Of a stretch of DNA of 44,835 nt, positions 8,468-16,658 are shown piece after piece. Where the stretch lies: contig DAORIV010000002.1 in assembly GCA_035438705.1 (NCBI GenBank), forward strand, positions 1 to 44,835, read 5' to 3'. The DNA comes from Parcubacteria group bacterium (GTDB lineage Bacteria; Patescibacteriota; Minisyncoccia; Phycocordibacterales; DATDWN01). Each line of letters starts with the position of its first letter. Position 1 is the stretch's first letter. The translations under genes were made by a program, and so were the position numbers. The notes beneath the pieces were generated by a model. That model was not told the origin of the DNA and did not search any database. It was given only the letters and a program-made list of their open reading frames with translations.

Positions 8468-8473
8468 ATTTAC

Positions 8474-8929
8474 ATGGATTTCGGTAGAACAAAAATTTAC
8501 GCAGTTTTATTTGTGGTGGTTGGCATTATCATTATTGCTTTTTTAACTACCATGCATTACCCAAGTCAGATAATCCTTAAGGGTAAGGTGTACACAGTAG
8601 ATGTAGCTGATACTACATATACGATGAATAAAGGCTACTCGGGACATCCACCTATTTCACACAATGAAGGTATGATTTTTGTTTTCCCAGAGAATGGTAA
8701 ACACGGGTTCTGGATGAAAGATATGCTGTTCTCACTAGATATTATATGGATGGACGAAAATTTCGTAATAAACCACATAGAAAAAGATGTAAAACCAGAT
8801 AGTTACCCTAAAATATTCTATCCAGAAAAAGAAGCAAGATACGTTTTGGAAATTTCAGCTGGGGAGGTAAATAAACTTGGAGTTAAAAACGGAGACAAGG
8901 TAGAATTTATAGAAAAATATCGTATATAA
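8474..8929 (+). CDS. DUF192 domain protein with an N-terminal TM anchor
   Basis: GMIFVFPENGKHGFWMKDMLFSLDIIWMDENFVI is typical of DUF192. Confidence 0.7.
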   Translation: MDFGRTKIYAVLFVVVGIIIIAFLTTMHYPSQIILKGKVYTVDVADTTYTMNKGYSGHPPISHNEGMIFVFPENGKHGFWMKDMLFSLDIIWMDENFVINHIEKDVKPDSYPKIFYPEKEARYVLEISAGEVNKLGVKNGDKVEFIEKYRI

Positions 8930-9004
8930 ACTATTTTTTAAGCCATTCTGTGGGGGCACGCTTTACATAAAAACTTTTGTATTTCAGAGTATATTTTTTT
9001 GTGT

Positions 9005-9013
9005 TTATCCACA
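9005..9013 (+). promoter_or_regulatory. Consensus DnaA box upstream of nrdA
   Basis: Exact TTATCCACA. A 2-mismatch copy, TTAAACACA, lies at 9020-9028 in the same orientation. Confidence 0.4.
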
Positions 9014-9062
9014 GTTTTTTTAAACACATTTAGAGTAAAATAAGTGAACTAAATTAAAAAAC

Positions 9063-9105
9063 TTTGCGATTTTGAGAAAAAACTCTAAAAATCGCAAATT
9101 TTTTT
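9063..9105 (+). terminator. AT-rich palindrome plus T-run in the nrdA upstream region (distal terminator of the DUF192 gene, leader attenuator or operator)
   Basis: TTTGCGATTTTGAG aaaaaa CTCTAAAAATCGCAAA followed by TTTTTTT. Confidence 0.35.
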
Positions 9106-9160
9106 CAAAAAAATAGCAAAAACAGCACATTTATTAGAAAAAATAATCAAAAAAACAAAA

Positions 9161-11908
9161 ATGAGTCTAAATGTAACACTTCATGATGGCACAAAAGAAC
9201 CGTTTAATGCGGACAAAATAAATCGTTCTATTGAAAGAGCATGTCGAGGATTGTTTGACCCAGTTTCTAAGGTTACTCAGATTGCTACTGAGACACAACT
9301 TACTCTTTATGATGGTATTACTATAGATGAGTTAGACCAAGCTACTATAAATGCTGCTGTTCAGAATATAAAAGAAGATATCGAGTATGATGTAGTCGCA
9401 AAAAGACTACTGTTGAAGACGGTTTACAGACTCGTGGTAAAAGATTTTAGTCCAAACGATCCTCATGATGTGTTTGTGCAGAAACATAAACAAAGTTTTA
9501 TTGATTATATAGAAAAAAGTGTTGCAGAGGGCAAGCTTCATCCAAATATGAAGTCATGTTTTGATTTAGTTGATCTTTCAAATGCTCTTGTTTTGGAAAG
9601 AGATGAGCTTTTTCAGTATGCGGGTCTTGATGGTTTGATAAACAGATACATGATAAAGGATGTTAAACAGAATACTTTGGAAACTCCTCAAATGTTTTTC
9701 ATGAGAATTGCTATGGGTCTTTCTTACAACGAGAAAAATCCAAACGAGATGGCGAAAAAGTTTTATGAAAAGATGTCTAAGCTCATGTACATCGCTGGTG
9801 GTTCTACAAACCTTGCATCAGGAAAAATAAATCCAGCACTTTCAAACTGTTATCTTCTTGAGATTCATGATGATATGGGTCATATAGCAAAGTCTGTTGC
9901 TGATGTAATGCTTCTTTCAAAAGGTTCTGGAGGTATCGGTGCTTCTGTTACGAAGCTTCGCGCATCTGGTTCACCGCTTAAAACTTCAGGAGGTGGAACA
10001 TCTACAGGTCCAACTCCTTTTGCCAAAATTATTGATACTGCTATTCGTGCAATACAAAGAGGTGGAAAGAAAAAGGGTGCTTTGTGTTTCTATATGGAGA
10101 ACTGGCACATTGATTTTCCTGAATTTTTAGAGTGGAAACACAATGCTGGAGATGACTATATGAGAATGCGTACAGCAAACACTGCTGTATGGCTTTCAGA
10201 TGAGTTTATGATGCGAGTGAACAACGGTGGTGAATGGTATATGTTTGATCCAGCAGAAACAGCAGATCTTAACGAGCTATACGGACAAGCTTTTTCAAGG
10301 AGATATGCAGAGTATATAGAAATGGCAAATGCCGGAAAGCTAAGAGCTTTCAAAAAAGTTCCAGCTCGTGAACAATTCAGACAAATAATTGTTGCTTTGC
10401 AGACAACTTCTCACCCATGGCTAACATGGAAAGACACTGTGAACTTGCGTGCACTAAACAACAACACTGGAACAATACATATGTCTAACTTGTGTACAGA
10501 AATATGTCTTCCACAAGACAGAGATAATGTTGCTGTGTGTAACCTAGCATCTCTAAACCTAGCTGCTCATATAAAAAATAGAGAAGTAAACTGGTCTAGA
10601 CTAGAGGAGTCTGTGAGACTTGCTGTAAGACAACTAGATAACTTAATAGATATAAATGTTCTACCTATTCCTGAGGCTGCTAAATCTGATAGAGAAAACA
10701 GAGCTGTGGGTCTTGGGGTGATGGGCTTTTCAGATACCATTGAACAACTTGGAATGTCATACGACTCTCCACACGCTTGGGATTTTGCAGATAGAATATT
10801 TGAATTTATTTCATACATGGCGATAGATGAGTCAGCGAATTTGGCACAAGAAAGAGGAAGTTATACAAACTATAAAGGTTCTGAGTGGTCAAAAGGTAGG
10901 GTTCCAATTGATTCATTAAAAACTCTTGAAGATGATAGAGGTAGAGAATTAACAGTTTCTAAAACAAGTAAACATAAGGGTCTAAACTGGGATATACTTC
11001 GTGCAAAAGTTGCTAAGGGCATGAGAAATGCAACACTTATGGCAGTAGCTCCAAATGCAAATATTGGTTTGCTTGCTGCAACAACTCCAGGTATTGATGC
11101 ACGTTTTGCACAAGTATTTTCTAGAAACAAAATTTCTGGAAAGTATCTAGATATAAACCACAACCTTGTAAAAGATTTGAAGAATATGGGAATCTGGGAT
11201 GATGTTAAAGAAGCTATTATAGAAAACCAAGGTGATATAAGTGAGATAGCTGGTATTCCTCAACACATTAAAGATATTTACAAAACATCATTTACAACTT
11301 CTCCATATGCTTATATAGAAGTTGCTGCTCGAGCACAAAAATGGGTAGATCAAGCATTGTCTCGAAATATGTATCTAGAAACTCGTGATGTAGAAGAGAC
11401 AATGAAAATATACAGCACTGCATGGGAGAAGGGTGTTAAATCTACATACTATCTACACATGAAGCCTCGTCACACAGCAGAGCAAAGTACAACAAATGTA
11501 AACAAGGCAGCGAAAATGGGACGTGTTGGTTTTGGAGCACTAAATTTTTCAAATACACCTGCATTTTCTGCACCACTTCAAAAATCTTTTGATGTAAGTA
11601 CTGCACACACAACTCCTGTTAGTACGAAACCAGTAGAAGTTCCTGTTATAGAAACAAAAATTGTAGAAGCAGTTTCAGTTTCTACTTCTACATATACGGC
11701 ACCAAAGGAACCCGCCTACGTTAATGCCACAGTAACAGAGAAAGTGGAAGTAAAAGAAGAGGTATTGGTATCAAGTGTGAAAGTTGAAGAGAAGGAAGTT
11801 AGAAATGATTATAAACCTTTGGATCAAATGAAGTATAAGAATAATCCAAATATCATTTTCCCAGAAGACCCTGCAGATGGAGATAATGTTTGTATAAGTT
11901 GTCAGTAA
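9161..11908 (+). CDS. nrdA: Ribonucleoside-diphosphate reductase alpha subunit (class I) with a long low-complexity C-terminal linker
   Basis: ATP-cone-like N-terminus, the NLCTEI active-site motif, and a C-terminal CISCQ cysteine pair. An nrdB gene follows directly. Confidence 0.95.
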   Translation: MSLNVTLHDGTKEPFNADKINRSIERACRGLFDPVSKVTQIATETQLTLYDGITIDELDQATINAAVQNIKEDIEYDVVAKRLLLKTVYRLVVKDFSPNDPHDVFVQKHKQSFIDYIEKSVAEGKLHPNMKSCFDLVDLSNALVLERDELFQYAGLDGLINRYMIKDVKQNTLETPQMFFMRIAMGLSYNEKNPNEMAKKFYEKMSKLMYIAGGSTNLASGKINPALSNCYLLEIHDDMGHIAKSVADVMLLSKGSGGIGASVTKLRASGSPLKTSGGGTSTGPTPFAKIIDTAIRAIQRGGKKKGALCFYMENWHIDFPEFLEWKHNAGDDYMRMRTANTAVWLSDEFMMRVNNGGEWYMFDPAETADLNELYGQAFSRRYAEYIEMANAGKLRAFKKVPAREQFRQIIVALQTTSHPWLTWKDTVNLRALNNNTGTIHMSNLCTEICLPQDRDNVAVCNLASLNLAAHIKNREVNWSRLEESVRLAVRQLDNLIDINVLPIPEAAKSDRENRAVGLGVMGFSDTIEQLGMSYDSPHAWDFADRIFEFISYMAIDESANLAQERGSYTNYKGSEWSKGRVPIDSLKTLEDDRGRELTVSKTSKHKGLNWDILRAKVAKGMRNATLMAVAPNANIGLLAATTPGIDARFAQVFSRNKISGKYLDINHNLVKDLKNMGIWDDVKEAIIENQGDISEIAGIPQHIKDIYKTSFTTSPYAYIEVAARAQKWVDQALSRNMYLETRDVEETMKIYSTAWEKGVKSTYYLHMKPRHTAEQSTTNVNKAAKMGRVGFGALNFSNTPAFSAPLQKSFDVSTAHTTPVSTKPVEVPVIETKIVEAVSVSTSTYTAPKEPAYVNATVTEKVEVKEEVLVSSVKVEEKEVRNDYKPLDQMKYKNNPNIIFPEDPADGDNVCISCQ

Positions 11909-11944
11909 TTATTTAAAAATTATAAATTAAACTAAAATAAATAT

Positions 11945-12964
11945 ATGTCACTACTTGGAAAAACTTCACCAGAAGATGTTAATTTGCACCCTATCAGATA
12001 TCAATGGGCTTATGATTTGTACAATCAGGCTGTGAGAAATACGTGGTTCCCACACGAGATTGCTTTGAAGGAGGATTTGGAAGATTTTGCAAAAATGACA
12101 GAGGACGAAAGACATGCTGTTGAGTTTATAATGTCATTTTTTAATCCGGCTGAACTTATCGTAAACAGAACACTAGCTCTGGGAGTGTATCCATATCTTA
12201 AAAGTCCAGAAACACATTTGTATATCGCTAAACAAATGTGGGAGGAGGCGAACCACTGTGTGGCATTTGAATACGTTCTAGAAACATTTCCTTTTGATAG
12301 AAATAAAGTTTACAACACACACCTTGAAGTTCCTTCAATGAAAGCAAAAGAAGCTTACATAATGAAGTATCTAAAGAGAATGACTGAGGATAAGCTGGAT
12401 ATAGATACCATTGAAGGTAAAAAGGATTTCATTAGAAACCTTGTTGCATACAATGTGGTAATGGAAGGAGTGTGGTTCTACTCAGGTTTTATGGTAATGC
12501 TTTCATTCAGACAGAGAAACCAACTAAGAAACTTCGGCTCAATGATAAACTGGGTTTTGCGAGATGAGTCTTTACACTTAAAGTTTGGAATAAATTTAAT
12601 TCACAATATTCTAGAGGAAAATGTAGAGCTTTTGACAGAAGAGTTTGCGGCAGAGATCCGAAATATTATCATTGAAGGAGTGGATCTTGAAACTGCATAC
12701 AATAAAGACTTGTTCCCGAACGGTATCTTGGGACTTAATGCAGACTATGTAAACCAATACGTTCAGTATGTTGCAGATAGAAGACTTACTGAGCTTGGAA
12801 TGCCAAAATACTATAATGCCACAAACCCAGCAAAATGGATGAGTACAGCAACAGATGTATTTGAACTAGTAAACTTCTTTGAACAACAAAATACTTCATA
12901 TGAAGTAGATGGTCACGCAGGAACAACAGCAAAGAAAGAGCCAGCTACAACACAAGCAGAATAG
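11945..12964 (+). CDS. nrdB: Ribonucleoside-diphosphate reductase beta subunit
   Basis: Di-iron/tyrosyl radical family signatures (WEEANHCVAFEY, VMEGVWFYSGF, RDESLHL). Confidence 0.95.
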   Translation: MSLLGKTSPEDVNLHPIRYQWAYDLYNQAVRNTWFPHEIALKEDLEDFAKMTEDERHAVEFIMSFFNPAELIVNRTLALGVYPYLKSPETHLYIAKQMWEEANHCVAFEYVLETFPFDRNKVYNTHLEVPSMKAKEAYIMKYLKRMTEDKLDIDTIEGKKDFIRNLVAYNVVMEGVWFYSGFMVMLSFRQRNQLRNFGSMINWVLRDESLHLKFGINLIHNILEENVELLTEEFAAEIRNIIIEGVDLETAYNKDLFPNGILGLNADYVNQYVQYVADRRLTELGMPKYYNATNPAKWMSTATDVFELVNFFEQQNTSYEVDGHAGTTAKKEPATTQAE

Positions 12965-13010
12965 TTGTTTAATCTAAAGTCTCATGATATTTTGAAAAGT
13001 AGAGGTGAGA

Positions 13011-13142
13011 ATGGATTCGACTCTTGTTTTGATTTTCTTTCTGATTGCCATTGCCGTGGCATCCCCGTTTGTCGGTGCGTACATCGACAGGAGAAATATG
13101 GAAAAAAGAGGAGAAGTCCCACCGAAACTTGGTTTTCAGTAA
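13011..13142 (+). CDS. Small membrane peptide (43 aa), below the ORF-track cutoff
   Basis: ATG lies 5 nt after AGAGGTGAGA. The product is MDSTLVLIFFLIAIAVASPFVGAYIDRRNMEKRGEVPPKLGFQ. Upstream are TTGTTT, a 17-nt spacer and TGaTATTTT; a terminator follows. The composition is GC-richer. Confidence 0.5.
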   Translation: MDSTLVLIFFLIAIAVASPFVGAYIDRRNMEKRGEVPPKLGFQ

Positions 13143-13147
13143 CACCA

Positions 13148-13172
13148 AACCCCTGGATAAAACCAGGGGTTT
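13148..13172 (+). terminator. Hairpin terminator after the 43-aa ORF
   Basis: AAACCCCTGG ataaaa CCAGGGGTTT. Confidence 0.55.
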
Positions 13173-13226
13173 CGCATTGAGTTGTATCTGATATAATTTA
13201 TACATTAATTATTTAACTTGAGAAAA

Positions 13227-14240
13227 ATGTCTAAAATAAAAGTTGCCATTAATGGTTTCGGTAGAATAGGTAGAGCATTCCTAAAAGAAAGTTGGGATAG
13301 AGAAGAGATGGAGGTAGTTGCAGTAAATGATCTAGGCAACATAGAAAACATGGCGTACCTTTTGAAATACGATACAGTTTATAAAAGCTGGAAGCATGAT
13401 GTAAAAGTAGATGGTACAAACCTAGTTATCGACGGTAGGACTGTAAAATTTGTTTCAGAAAAGGAACCAACAAAGCTTCCATGGAAAGATCTTGGGGTGG
13501 ATGTAGTGGTGGAGTCTACAGGATTGTTTACAGATTTTGATAAGGCAAAAGTGCATGTAGAAGCAGGTGCAAAAAAAGTTGTGATCTCTGCACCTGCAAA
13601 AGGTGGAAGTGAAGGAGAAACAATCCTTATGGGAGTTAACGAAGAAAAATTTGGCACATGCGCTGTAACTTCAAACGCATCATGTACTACAAACGCTGCT
13701 TCGCCACTTATTGCAATACTTGATGAGAATTTTGGAATCGAAAAGGCAATTCTAAATACTGTGCATGGTTATACAGCATCACAGGCGCTTGTTGATGGTC
13801 CGTCTAAAAAAGATTTGCGTGAGGGAAGAGCTGCAGCACAAAACATTGTACCTTCTTCTACAGGAGCAGCTATTGCAGTAACAAAAGCATTTACAAGTTT
13901 GGAAGGACTTTTTGATGGTATATCTATTAGAGTTCCTGTTCCAGCTGGATCAATCGTAGATGTGACCTTCATATCTAAAAAACAAACTACAGCAGAGGAG
14001 GTAAACAATGTACTTCGAGAAGCAACAATGATTGATAGGTGGAAAAATATTTTCTCTGCGACAGATGAAGAGCTAGTTTCTTCAGATATTTTGGGAAGTC
14101 ACTTTGGTTCTATTGCAGATCTAAAAATGACTAGAGTGGTCGGAGGAAATCTAGTGAAAGTCATGGCGTGGTATGACAATGAAGCGGGGTATACACACAC
14201 ACTGATTAATCATGTGTTGAAGACTGCAAAAACTATATAA
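13227..14240 (+). CDS. gap: Glyceraldehyde-3-phosphate dehydrogenase
   Basis: INGFGRIGR and SNASCTTN catalytic motifs, plus the WYDNE C-terminal motif. ATG 13227 is preferred over the upstream TTG. Confidence 0.95.
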   Translation: MSKIKVAINGFGRIGRAFLKESWDREEMEVVAVNDLGNIENMAYLLKYDTVYKSWKHDVKVDGTNLVIDGRTVKFVSEKEPTKLPWKDLGVDVVVESTGLFTDFDKAKVHVEAGAKKVVISAPAKGGSEGETILMGVNEEKFGTCAVTSNASCTTNAASPLIAILDENFGIEKAILNTVHGYTASQALVDGPSKKDLREGRAAAQNIVPSSTGAAIAVTKAFTSLEGLFDGISIRVPVPAGSIVDVTFISKKQTTAEEVNNVLREATMIDRWKNIFSATDEELVSSDILGSHFGSIADLKMTRVVGGNLVKVMAWYDNEAGYTHTLINHVLKTAKTI

Positions 14241-14690
14241 ATGAAAATATTTATTGGATCAGATCATGTGGGGTTTTTGTTAAAAAAAGATTTACTGGAT
14301 TTTGTATTGGAAAAAGGTTTTGAAGTTTATGATTGTGGCCCACAAGAGTATAACCATGATGATGATTATCCAGACTATATATCTGTAGCAGCAAAAGCAG
14401 TTTCGGAGGATCCGGAAAACTCAAAAGGAATAGTTTTGGGTTTTTCTGGCCAAGGTGAAGCTATAGTTGCTAACAGGTTTCCAAATGTTCGATGTGCAGT
14501 TTTCTATGGAGGTACAAAACATATTCTAACTTTATCTCGAGAGCATAATGATGCCAATATGTTATCCCTAGGTAGTCACTTTATGACTACTCAGGAGGCA
14601 AAGCAAGCAGTGGAAATGTGGCTTGGAACGGCTTTTACTAATGAAGAACGTCATATAAGAAGAATTAAAAAAATAGAAAACTATAATTAG
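14241..14690 (+). CDS. rpiB: Ribose-5-phosphate isomerase B
   Basis: MKIFIGSDHVGFLLKKDL N-terminus and the RpiB/LacAB family pattern. The start abuts the gap stop codon. Confidence 0.85.
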   Translation: MKIFIGSDHVGFLLKKDLLDFVLEKGFEVYDCGPQEYNHDDDYPDYISVAAKAVSEDPENSKGIVLGFSGQGEAIVANRFPNVRCAVFYGGTKHILTLSREHNDANMLSLGSHFMTTQEAKQAVEMWLGTAFTNEERHIRRIKKIENYN

Positions 14691-14694
14691 TGAT

Positions 14695-15369
14695 ATGACA
14701 CAAGTACTTCCAGCTATAATTCCAGTTAACAAAGAACAACTTTTCGAAGAGATGTCTAAAGTCTCGCATTTTGCAGAACTTGTACAAGTAGATATTTCTG
14801 ATGGTGTTTTTACAAACACAAGAACATGGCCATACAACGGACAAGACAGAGATTATTTTGAAAAACTTAAAACAGAGGATGAAGGTTGGCCAAAATGGGA
14901 AGATACAGATGTAGAACTACATCTAATGGTAAGTAACCCCGAAGATGTTTTGGAGGAATGGATTGCAACTGGAGTTGCTTCTGTTGTTGCTCACATAGAA
15001 GCAACAGAAGACTTTCAAAAGGTTATAGATATTTGTCGTGATAAGAATGTTTCTGTTGGTGTAGCTATAAAACCTAATACTGAAATAGAGAAAATTGAAA
15101 AAATAGTTCCTCAAGTTGATTTTATTCAAGTTATGGGTTCACAACTTTTAGGAAAACATGGAGTAGAGCTTGATGAAAAAAGTTTAGAGGTGATAAAAAC
15201 ATTGCGAGCAAAGTTTCCTGATAGTATAATTGCTATTGATATTGGTGTTACAGAAGAAAATGCAGAAACTCTTGTAGAGGCCGGAGTCAACAAACTAATT
15301 TCCGGTGGGGCGATACTGAATTCAGATAATCCGAAAGAAGTTTTCAAGTTTTTGGAGTCAGTAAATTAA
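14695..15369 (+). CDS. rpe: Ribulose-phosphate 3-epimerase-like protein (divergent)
   Basis: VQVDISDGVF and LHLMV motifs, TIM-barrel length, and a pentose-phosphate gene context. Confidence 0.7.
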   Translation: MTQVLPAIIPVNKEQLFEEMSKVSHFAELVQVDISDGVFTNTRTWPYNGQDRDYFEKLKTEDEGWPKWEDTDVELHLMVSNPEDVLEEWIATGVASVVAHIEATEDFQKVIDICRDKNVSVGVAIKPNTEIEKIEKIVPQVDFIQVMGSQLLGKHGVELDEKSLEVIKTLRAKFPDSIIAIDIGVTEENAETLVEAGVNKLISGGAILNSDNPKEVFKFLESVN

Positions 15370-15492
15370 AGATTTCTTTCTCCCCATAATTTTTTTGGAA
15401 GCAGAATAATTTTTTTACTCAAAATTTTCTTCGCGCTCATCTCTACACGGATTCCGCGATGTTCCAAAAAAGTTATGAGTCAACGAAATCTT
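15369..15492 (+). repeat. Structured 3' intergenic element, family 1, copy A
   Basis: P1 is AAGATTTC/GAAATCTT and P2 is CATAATTTTTTTGGAA/TTCCAAAAAAGTTATG. The conserved core is TTCTTCGCGCTCAT-N10-ATTCCGCGATGTTC. The homologous copy is at 21808-21930. Confidence 0.55.
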
Positions 15493-15511
15493 TAATTCAT
15501 ATTCAAATAAC

Positions 15512-16411
15512 ATGCTAAACAATCTGACAGATGAAAAAATAGCGTTCCTTACAGAGAAGGCAAAGGAGATAAGGATTTCTATAATAGAAATGCTAGTTTC
15601 TGCTGGCTCAGGTCACTCAGCGGGACCTTTAGGTATGGCCGATATTTTCACCGCACTTTACTTTTACATACTTAGACACAATCCTAAAGATCCTTTTTGG
15701 GAGGAAAGAGATAGACTAATACTTTCTAATGGGCACATAAATCCTGTTTTGTATGCAACACTTGCTCATGTCGGATATTTTCCAGTAAAAGAACTTCTTA
15801 CACTTAGGAAATTCGGTACAAGACTACAAGGTCACCCACACAGAGAATTTTTACCTATCCTTGAAACAAGTTCAGGACCACTTGGTTCAGGACTTTCACA
15901 AGCAGTTGGTATGGCAATAGCAGACAGAATGGATAAGGGTAAGACTTCAGATAGATTTTTCTATTGTATGTTGGGAGATGGAGAGTTGGATGAGGGACAA
16001 AACTGGGAAGCAATAATGCTTGCTGGAAAGGAAAGACTTGGAAACCTTATTGCTATAGTAGATAGAAACAATATTCAGATAGATGGCTACACAGAAGATG
16101 TTATGCCACTAGACTCTCTAACGCATAAATTTGAGGCGTTTGGATGGCACGCAGAGGAAATAGATGGACACAATTTTTCTTCAATTATTGAAGCTGTTGG
16201 AAGAGCTCAGGCGGTTTTCGATGGGCCAAGTGTGATAATCGCGAGAACAATTCCTGGAAAGGGAGTTTCATTTATGGAGAAAGATTATAAATGGCATGGT
16301 AATCCACCAGGTACGGATATTCCTGGAGAGCCACCAAAGGATGAGCAGGCAAAAATCGCGTTACATGATTTGAGAACATTAGGAGGTCAAATAAAATCTG
16401 AACATGAATAA
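15512..16411 (+). CDS. tkt: Transketolase, N-terminal (TPP-binding) subunit
   Basis: GHSAGPLGMADI, GDGELDEGQNWEA and the pattern of the N-terminal half of a split transketolase. Confidence 0.9.
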   Translation: MLNNLTDEKIAFLTEKAKEIRISIIEMLVSAGSGHSAGPLGMADIFTALYFYILRHNPKDPFWEERDRLILSNGHINPVLYATLAHVGYFPVKELLTLRKFGTRLQGHPHREFLPILETSSGPLGSGLSQAVGMAIADRMDKGKTSDRFFYCMLGDGELDEGQNWEAIMLAGKERLGNLIAIVDRNNIQIDGYTEDVMPLDSLTHKFEAFGWHAEEIDGHNFSSIIEAVGRAQAVFDGPSVIIARTIPGKGVSFMEKDYKWHGNPPGTDIPGEPPKDEQAKIALHDLRTLGGQIKSEHE

Positions 16412-16658
16412 TATATATGAATCAATAGTCATGAATTTTTTACTTGGAGGATATGTTTTAGTTATACCTCTAGTTATTGTTTTAGTGATACATTATATTA
16501 AAAAAATTAATAAAAATAATTCAGTTAATAATGAGCAACAAGGTGGAGCTAAAAGATGGGCGCATTTGATAGGACTTGCAATTTTAATTACCTTCGTTAT
16601 GACACTGGTCCTTATAGTTTACAGTTTTTATGACTCGTTAAATTCAATAAATACATGA
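16404..16658 (+). CDS. Small two-helix membrane protein inserted between the transketolase halves
   Basis: The 84-aa ORF's ATG overlaps the tktN stop region (ATGAATAA). Its TGA overlaps the tktC ATG (ATGA). Two hydrophobic helices are present. Confidence 0.5.
   Translation: MNNIYESIVMNFLLGGYVLVIPLVIVLVIHYIKKINKNNSVNNEQQGGAKRWAHLIGLAILITFVMTLVLIVYSFYDSLNSINT

Noticed and set aside
9000-9040. NrdR boxes upstream of nrdA.
   Set aside because: The palindromic TGTGtttatcCACA and the nearby ACACATTTAGAGT do not fit the ACACnnnnnnnnGTGT-type 16-bp NrdR consensus, or its usual tandem spacing. The first is better read as a DnaA box.
8930-9160. Replication origin (oriC) in the AT-rich nrdA upstream region, or upstream of gyrB (one-mismatch box TTAACCACA at 35793-35801).
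   Set aside because: There is only one perfect and one or two weak DnaA boxes per region, with no box cluster and no dnaA/dnaN nearby. This is insufficient for an origin call.
12965-13205. 71-aa (+) and 78-aa (-) ORFs filling the nrdB-gap spacer.
   Set aside because: They have no SD or promoter logic and they run through the terminator hairpin. The 43-aa ORF in another frame has a complete set of signals.
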